Shown here piece by piece: positions 58,033 to 64,000 of a DNA stretch of 64,000 nucleotides. The DNA lies in the NCBI GenBank assembly GCA_047601445.1, contig JASGJH010000001.1, positions 8,064,001-8,128,000 on the forward strand, in the 5' to 3' direction. Under the pieces are notes generated by a model. That model made no database searches, was not told the origin of the DNA, and saw nothing but the letters and a program-made list of their open reading frames with translations. A program made the translations under genes and the position numbers. Every line of letters starts with the position of its first letter. The stretch's first letter is position 1. This stretch comes from Myxococcales bacterium. GTDB lineage: Bacteria > Myxococcota_A > Polyangia > Polyangiales > DASUME01.

Positions 58033-59130
58033 ATGAGATCGTCCTTTGGCTGGCCGGGCCCGCTTGCGGCGCTGCGTTCGAGCCAGCTTGGAGTCTGGCG
58101 CTTGCTGCACTGGTTTGGCCTCCTCCTGTGCCTGCTGTGCGCGGTGAGTCCCGCCGAAGCCCAGGACGCCAAGGCGCGAGCCCGCTCCCTATTCGGGGAG
58201 GGCGTGGCCGCCTTCGAGCGCGGCGATTTCGAGAACGCCCTGGAGTCCTTTACCCAGGCCTACCGACTGGCTCCGCACCCGGCCGTGCGCGTGAACATGG
58301 CCAACTGCTACGAGCAGCTCGGGCGCTACGCCGAAGCGACCTTCAACTACCAGCGCTTCCTCGAGGAGAGCGGCCCCGACGTGGCCCCCGAGCAACGCGC
58401 GGACGTCGAGGCGGCCATCGAGCGGCTGCGACAGAAGTTCGGCGACATCATCGTGGAGACCACGCCGGCCGACGTCTCGTTGAGCATCGACGGTGCCTCC
58501 GCCCAGCGCGGACTCGACGGTCGCATCCAGTTGCGCGCCGGTCCGCACCTCTTGCGCGCCACCAAGCCCGGCTACGTGAACCTCGAGCGCAGCATCGATG
58601 TGGTGGGAGGAACGGAGCAGCGCGTGGTGCTCGAGCTCGAGTCACTCAGCATGGCGCCCGCCGTGCCGCTCGAAGAGCCTGCCGCGGAAGGGCAGGCGAG
58701 CGCGTCCGATTGGCGTCCCGCGAGCCAGTCCGAGCCCGACCAGGCCGACGGCGGGAGCAAGCTGCGTCCCGCGATGTGGATCACCTTCGGCGCCGCGGTG
58801 TTGTGCGGCGTCGGTGCGGGCATCACGGGTGGCTTGGCCATCAAGGCGCAGAACGACTTCGACAACGACGTGGTCCAGAGCAACAACGCCGCGGCCACTT
58901 CCATGGTGCGGGCGCAGGCGCGGGCCAATGGGCTCGACGCCTCGGATCGCGCGAACACGCTGGCGATGGTGACGGACGTGCTGTGGATCTCGGCGGCGGT
59001 CGGGGCCTCCACGGCGTTCGTGCTGTGGATGGTGGACCGCAAGCATGAACACTCGGAGTCGAGCGTGGCGCTCCTGCCTGCGACCTCCGCGCGCGGGGAC
59101 GCGCACCTGTTCTTACGAGGGGCTTTCTGA
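58033..59130 (+). CDS. TPR + PEGA domain protein with C-terminal hydrophobic segments
   Basis: RBS AGGAG; signal peptide; AR.LF.EG..AF..GDF..AL..F..AY; T.P.....IDG; G.H.L.ATKPGY; C-terminal LRGAF. Confidence 0.85.
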   Translation: MRSSFGWPGPLAALRSSQLGVWRLLHWFGLLLCLLCAVSPAEAQDAKARARSLFGEGVAAFERGDFENALESFTQAYRLAPHPAVRVNMANCYEQLGRYAEATFNYQRFLEESGPDVAPEQRADVEAAIERLRQKFGDIIVETTPADVSLSIDGASAQRGLDGRIQLRAGPHLLRATKPGYVNLERSIDVVGGTEQRVVLELESLSMAPAVPLEEPAAEGQASASDWRPASQSEPDQADGGSKLRPAMWITFGAAVLCGVGAGITGGLAIKAQNDFDNDVVQSNNAAATSMVRAQARANGLDASDRANTLAMVTDVLWISAAVGASTAFVLWMVDRKHEHSESSVALLPATSARGDAHLFLRGAF

Positions 59131-60494
59131 TGCTTGCTTCACGTGGCCTTGGAGGCCGTCTTCTTTCCCTGGCTTGGATGGCGTTTCCACTCGCGGGCTG
59201 CAGCGCGATCATCGATACCGATCCGGCCAAGCTTTCCGCGGTGGGACAAGCCGGCAAGTGTTCGACCGACTGCGACGACGGCGTCGAGTGCACCATCGAC
59301 GAGTGCGGCCCTGACAACAAGTGCCGCCACCGTGCTTCGGTCGACAAGTGCGACGACGGCATCGGCTGCACCGAGGACCTTTGTGACGCCAAGAAAGGCT
59401 GCACCCACGAGGAGAAGGACGCGCGATGCGAGTTCTGTGCTCCCGGCAGCATGTGCAGTGCCAAGGTGGGCGGCTGCATCGGCTTCACGGAGCAGCGCAA
59501 CTGCGACGACAACGACCCATGCACCAAGGACGCCTGCGTGGTCGCGGAGTCGATGTGCATGTCCATCGACGTGGATGCCGATGAGGACAACCACCCGGCG
59601 GCCTCGGTGCGCGGCATGAACTGCGGCGGTGACGACTGCGACGATACCCGCCCCGGCGTGTATCCGGGCGCGCCCGAGGTCTGCAACGGCCGCGACGACA
59701 ACTGTGATGGCGACGTGGACGAGGACTGCATGGCCAGTCCCGATACCTGCGATTCGGCGGTCACGCTGAGCCTCAAGGGCGAGAGCGGCACCATCGAGGG
59801 GGCCTTTGCCCAGGTGCAGCCGAACTTCGACGTGACCTGCGGCGCCAACGGCACGCCCGACGCGGTGTATCGCCTGGATCTGACAGGGGCCGCGGTGGAC
59901 ATCGTGCTCGAGACCGAAGCGGGCAGTGCGGCGCTCTCGCTGGCGGGTGGAACGAGCTGTGGTGCCGAGGGCTTCAAGCTGGGCTGCGCGGAACCGCTCG
60001 CGCGCGGCACCACGCGGCTCGTGTTCCACAACTATCAGCAGTCGGAGCTGTTCATCCTGGTAGACGCCAAGGACAAGAACGAGACCGGCAACTACAAGAT
60101 CAAGTACTCCGTGACCTCGGCGGCCGGCGACGTCTGCCTGCCCACGGTGTTCGACGACACTGCGTGCGGGACGCTGGTGGGAGTCATGCCGGAGGGGCAG
60201 GGCCAGCTGGCTGGCGGGTGCCAGGGAGGCATCTTCGGGCGCGCGGCAAGCGAGGGCGTCGTGCGCTTTTCGGGTCTCACCGAGAAGGTCACGCTGCGTG
60301 CCACGGGAGATGGCTTCAACGCCACGCTCTATGCCCGCAACGGCTGCGGCTCCTTCACCACCGAGCTCGCGTGCAACTCGCGTCCGGGCGGCGGCGAAGC
60401 CAAGATCGACCTCGAGCCCAGCGACGGCGACATCTATGTGGTCGTAGACGGAGCGCTGCCCGGGCAGACCTACACGCTGGTCTGCGGCCCGTAA
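59130..60494 (+). CDS. Cys-rich lipoprotein with CDDG.CT.D.C repeats and a putative metal-binding (DCDD..PGAPE.CNG.DDNCDG.VDE) motif
   Basis: Lipobox LAGC; three CDD..CT.D.C repeats; PDAVY; YVVVDG. Start overlaps the upstream stop. Confidence 0.8.
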   Translation: MLASRGLGGRLLSLAWMAFPLAGCSAIIDTDPAKLSAVGQAGKCSTDCDDGVECTIDECGPDNKCRHRASVDKCDDGIGCTEDLCDAKKGCTHEEKDARCEFCAPGSMCSAKVGGCIGFTEQRNCDDNDPCTKDACVVAESMCMSIDVDADEDNHPAASVRGMNCGGDDCDDTRPGVYPGAPEVCNGRDDNCDGDVDEDCMASPDTCDSAVTLSLKGESGTIEGAFAQVQPNFDVTCGANGTPDAVYRLDLTGAAVDIVLETEAGSAALSLAGGTSCGAEGFKLGCAEPLARGTTRLVFHNYQQSELFILVDAKDKNETGNYKIKYSVTSAAGDVCLPTVFDDTACGTLVGVMPEGQGQLAGGCQGGIFGRAASEGVVRFSGLTEKVTLRATGDGFNATLYARNGCGSFTTELACNSRPGGGEAKIDLEPSDGDIYVVVDGALPGQTYTLVCGP

Positions 60495-61885
60495 GCGGAG
60501 AGAATGTTCGGCGGAACCCGGTGGACGACCGCGACCGATTCGGCCACGGTCGCCCGCCCCTTGGGTCCGCTCAGAATCTCGAAGTCGCCGTTTTCGAGTA
60601 GCTCGCTGATGCGGTACAGGAAGCCGTTGGCGTGCACACCGTCGACGATGCGGTGATCGTAGGACAGCGACATGTACATGACCGGATGGATCACCATCTG
60701 GTCTTCGCCGTCGCGCTCCACCACCACCACGCGCTTCTTGATCTCGCCGATGCGCAGGATGCCCACGTTCGGCTGCGAGATGATGGCGCCGCCGTGCAGG
60801 TTGCCGCGCTTGCCGGGGTTCGAGACCGTGAAGGTCTTGCCCGCGAGGTCGTCGGGGGAGAGCTTGCCGTCGCGCGCCTTCACCGCGAGCTCGTCGATGG
60901 CGCGCGCGATGCCGCGCACCGTGAGGTTGTCGGCGTTCTTGATCACGGGCACCACGAGGCCGTCGGGCGTGTCCACGGCGACGCCGAGGTTGATGTCGCG
61001 CAGGAGCACGTAGGCATCGTCGAGCACGCGCGCGTTGAGCTCACGGTACTCGCGCAGCGCCTTCACCGTGGCGGCACAGACGAACGCCAGGAACGAGAGG
61101 CCAACGCCCTCCTTCTTGGCCTGATCCTTGTGCTTGTCGCGTAGCTTCGAGGTCTCCTGCAGGTCGGTCTCGGCGACCGCCACCACATGGGGCGAGGTCA
61201 GCTTCGAATACACCATGTGGTCCGCGATGATGCGGCGACGACGCGAGAAGGGGATGATCTGATCGCCAGCACGCTGCGTGTACGGCGGCACCTGGAAGGC
61301 GCTCTTCTTGCCAGCCGGGCCGGGCACGGGAGCCACGGCGGCGGGCGCTGCGGGCTTCTCGGGAGCGGCCAGCGCGGTGCTCGGCGCCGACAGGTCGCGC
61401 GGCTTCACCGAGCTCAGGTCGATGCCCTGCTCGCGCGCCAGCTTGCGCATCGAAGGCGAGGCGGCCGCGGTGGCGATGGCGGCGGGGCCCGCTCCGGGCT
61501 TGGCAGCAGGCGCGGGGGGCCGCTCGCTCAGCGGTGCAGCCGGCTGCACGCGGACCGAAGCCGGGGCAGCAGGCATGATCTCCGGGCGCGCCTCAGCGGC
61601 AGCTGCCTTGGGGGGCGTGCTCGGCCGCGACACGGCAGCGGCCACGCCGTTCTCGTCGATGACGCACAATCCTGCGCCCACGCGCACGACCTCATCCTCT
61701 TGCGCGAGCAGCTTCGTGACCACGCCCTCGACGGGTGACGGCACTTCGCTATCCGCTTTGTCGGTCAGTACTTCGACGACGGGCTGATCGCGCGAGACGC
61801 GATCACCTTCCCGGACGAGCCACTTGCCGATGGTCCCTTCGACGACGCTTTCGCCGAGCTGCGGCATCGTCACCGTGGTGGTCAT
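60470..61885 (-). CDS. Dihydrolipoamide acyltransferase (E2) of a 2-oxoacid dehydrogenase; true stop probably 60571
   Basis: MPQLGESV.EGT; lipoyl TDKA; ASP..RKLARE; INLGVAV; GL.VPVI; TFTVSN.G; SYDHRIVDG. Removing one T from GAGATTCTGA gives FEI-stop (~437 aa). Confidence 0.92.
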   Translation of the reverse strand: MTTTVTMPQLGESVVEGTIGKWLVREGDRVSRDQPVVEVLTDKADSEVPSPVEGVVTKLLAQEDEVVRVGAGLCVIDENGVAAAVSRPSTPPKAAAAEARPEIMPAAPASVRVQPAAPLSERPPAPAAKPGAGPAAIATAAASPSMRKLAREQGIDLSSVKPRDLSAPSTALAAPEKPAAPAAVAPVPGPAGKKSAFQVPPYTQRAGDQIIPFSRRRRIIADHMVYSKLTSPHVVAVAETDLQETSKLRDKHKDQAKKEGVGLSFLAFVCAATVKALREYRELNARVLDDAYVLLRDINLGVAVDTPDGLVVPVIKNADNLTVRGIARAIDELAVKARDGKLSPDDLAGKTFTVSNPGKRGNLHGGAIISQPNVGILRIGEIKKRVVVVERDGEDQMVIHPVMYMSLSYDHRIVDGVHANGFLYRISELLENGDFEILSGPKGRATVAESVAVVHRVPPNILSAYGPQTSV

Positions 61886-62102
61886 GCTTCTTCCTCGTGT
61901 GTTTGTGTGGCCTGCGCGGAATGGCGCGCAACGGCCGTCAATGGAGCGTGGTAGGTCCGCCGCGGTTTAACCCTCCCCGATCGGGTGCGCAACGCGAGCA
62001 CGCGCGCGTTCCCACGGCCTGGGGCAACACCGCAAACGCCCGTAAGTGTATATGATGTAGGCGGGCCCCGCGACGTCGGATGGGCCGGAAACAGGAGCGG
62101 CC

Positions 62103-62291
62103 GTGGCGGATCTCGAGGAGCATGCACTCAAACGTGATCGGCGCTTCGTGGTGCGATTGGTGGTCACGTTGACGCTGGCTTTTATTGCCGGGCTGTTTCT
62201 GTTTGCCCAGCTGACCAGCGACCGCACGGCAGGTTGCGCGGCCGACACGATGCTCGGCACCGACTCGGGACCCAAGCAGGGGGCCCCCTGA
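62103..62291 (+). CDS. Small single-pass membrane protein
   Basis: RBS AGGAG before GTG; KRDRR followed by a 20-residue hydrophobic helix. Confidence 0.55.
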   Translation: MADLEEHALKRDRRFVVRLVVTLTLAFIAGLFLFAQLTSDRTAGCAADTMLGTDSGPKQGAP

Positions 62292-62322
62292 CCCGAGTGC
62301 GTCGCGGGTATACTCACGGGCT

Positions 62323-63150
62323 ATGCGGTCTCTGCGCGCGCTTACCCTGAACATTTGGCACCGCGAAGCGCCCTGGGAGCGCCGGCGCGAGATCATTCGA
62401 AAAGGGTTCGCCGAGCTGGACCCCGACTTCATCGGCCTGCAGGAGGTGCTCGAGCTCGATCTGGGGGGCAATCGCACCAGCCAGGCCCAGGAGCTCATCG
62501 AGGGCACGCCCTATCAATACGTCTTCGGATGTGCCCAGATGATGATGCCGGGGCTCGAGTTCGGGAACGCCGTGCTCTCCAAGCACCCCATCCTGGCGTC
62601 CGAGACCCTCCGTCTGCCGGGGGAGGAGAGCGGGGAGACCCGCTGCGTGGTGTACGCCCGGCTGGGGACCCCGTTCGGGGAGGTCCCGGTGTTCGTGACC
62701 CACCTCAACTGGAAGCTGCACCAGGGCTCGGTGCGGGTGCGCCAGGTGAAGCGGCTGGTCGAGCTCATCGAGGAGCGGGCTCCGGTAGGGAAGGGCTTTC
62801 CACCCGTCCTGATGGGCGACTTCAACGCCGAGCCGGAGTCGGACGAGATTCGCTGGCTACGGGGCCACGCCACCCTCGAGGGGCGCAGCGTGTACTTCGC
62901 GGACGCCTGGGTCTACGGAGGCGACGGCAGTCCTGGCTACACCTTCGATCGCCGCAATCCTTATGCAGCGCGTGCCCACGAGCCGCCGCGGCGCCTCGAC
63001 TACATCTTCGTGCGCGGACCGGACAGCCAGTGGAACGGTGAGCCCTTGAGCACGCGACTCGTGCTCGACGCGCCGGAAGAGGGCGTGTGGGCCTCGGATC
63101 ACTTCGGGCTGCTGAGCGAGATCAGCGCGACGCGATCACGAGCGCCGTGA
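62323..63150 (+). CDS. Endonuclease/exonuclease/phosphatase (EEP) family protein
   Basis: TLNIW; LQEV; GNAVLS; THL; GDFNA; DAW; RLDYIF; SDH. Confidence 0.9.
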   Translation: MRSLRALTLNIWHREAPWERRREIIRKGFAELDPDFIGLQEVLELDLGGNRTSQAQELIEGTPYQYVFGCAQMMMPGLEFGNAVLSKHPILASETLRLPGEESGETRCVVYARLGTPFGEVPVFVTHLNWKLHQGSVRVRQVKRLVELIEERAPVGKGFPPVLMGDFNAEPESDEIRWLRGHATLEGRSVYFADAWVYGGDGSPGYTFDRRNPYAARAHEPPRRLDYIFVRGPDSQWNGEPLSTRLVLDAPEEGVWASDHFGLLSEISATRSRAP

Positions 63151-63790
63151 CCGCGTGACGTTCGAGCAGCGCGTATTTGCCGCGGAACAGCGTGCCGCTC
63201 GCGAAGTGATCGGCCACCTCGTTCAGGAGCCGCACCTCGAACTCGCTCGGGCCCGTGAAGTTCACCTCGGCGTCGTGGAAGCCCACCCAGCTGCGGCTGA
63301 CACAGTACTGGGCCTTGTAGAAGGCTTCCTTGGCGCTGAAGAGCAGCGTGGCGTGCTCGAGCTGTGCTGGCTCGTCGCCGGCGGCGGCGATCCGGGCCTG
63401 CTCCTGGTCCGTGGCGATCATGCGCCACAACTTGGGCTCCACGCGGCGGCGTAGCTCCACGTCGACGCCGATGCCTCGGGCCTCGGTTCGCGCCGCGGCC
63501 ACGGCCACGCATAGGCCGTCCGTGTGCGTGATGCTGCCCCAAACGCGCTCGGGCCAGGCCACGGAGCGATCGCTGTTGGGCAACAGGGGACTCGCGGGGA
63601 GACCGAGTTGCGCGAGCGCGTGGCGGGCGGCGGTGCGACCGAGGGCGAACTCGTGACGTCGCTTCTCGACGGCGCGGGCGAGCGAGGCCTCCTCCTCCGG
63701 GTACAGGGGCTCGGCCTGGGCGGGCTGACTCAGCTCCTGGCCTCGCACCCACGGCGGGAACAGGCCAGCGATCTCGGGGCGAAGGGCCAT
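63122..63790 (-). CDS. 4'-phosphopantetheinyl transferase (EntD/Sfp type)
   Basis: AVEKRR.EF..GR..AR.AL; WP....GSITH; GIGVDVE; FSAKEAFYKA. Confidence 0.9.
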   Translation of the reverse strand: MALRPEIAGLFPPWVRGQELSQPAQAEPLYPEEEASLARAVEKRRHEFALGRTAARHALAQLGLPASPLLPNSDRSVAWPERVWGSITHTDGLCVAVAAARTEARGIGVDVELRRRVEPKLWRMIATDQEQARIAAAGDEPAQLEHATLLFSAKEAFYKAQYCVSRSWVGFHDAEVNFTGPSEFEVRLLNEVADHFASGTLFRGKYALLERHAVTALVIASR

Positions 63791-63804
63791 GCGTCCCGGT
63801 GATT

Positions 63805-64000
63805 CTAGACGAACGGGAGGAGCTGCGGGTCGAGCGTGTGTTCGGCGGTCACGCCGCGCGTGGCCAGTGTCCGAAGTACGCGCGTCAAGAGCACGCCGCA
63901 CAGGGCGGCGCCGCACAGGGGACCGACGCTCTGCACCGAGGGGAACGAGGAGACCAGCGCCAGCGGCAGCGCGCACACGGCGAGCCCCACGCAGGTGCGG
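63805..64000 (-). CDS. 3' end of a hydrophobic membrane protein (truncated by window edge)
   Basis: Frame is open to the window end, has two hydrophobic segments, and stops 14 bp before the PPTase start. Confidence 0.5.
   Translation of the reverse strand, partial: RTCVGLAVCALPLALVSSFPSVQSVGPLCGAALCGVLLTRVLRTLATRGVTAEHTLDPQLLPFV

Noticed and set aside
63122..63790. NRPS/PKS cluster implied by the PPTase
   Set aside because: No carrier-protein, A, C or KS domains in the window. The region beyond the right edge cannot be assessed.

Overview
High-GC bacterial DNA, very likely Myxococcota (Polyangia-like). The evidence is a MYXO-CTERM-type sorting signal, myxobacterial Cys-rich repeats, a TPR-PEGA protein, a Hanks-type Ser/Thr kinase and two ECF sigma modules. 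About 55 CDS are supportable. I saw no rRNA, tRNA, CRISPR array, integrase or transposase. Main highlights: (1) An 11.5 kb divergent cluster (1085-12588) centred on glutamate/glutamine chemistry. It encodes a NAGGN-type amidotransferase coupled to an Ngg-like ATP-grasp ligase that lacks its GNAT domain, a GCS2-family gamma-glutamyl ligase, three class II glutamine amidotransferase/hydrolases, a C45 Ntn-hydrolase, glutamate decarboxylase and a ThrE exporter. It is a candidate undescribed gamma-glutamyl/GABA peptide-amide pathway. (2) A dispersed ~31 bp palindromic repeat that always follows a stop codon in the transcribed orientation. Two copies are read in frame as 'SAR(T/A)PEGALR' in unrelated protein N-termini. 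(3) Five apparent single-base frameshifts, all at or beside GATC, most likely read errors at a modified motif. (4) A gluconokinase-Smr fusion. The remainder is transport (CzcCBA-type, MacAB-like, Mla/MCE), regulators, secreted lipoproteins and housekeeping enzymes. All calls come from reading motifs by eye; no database searches were run.
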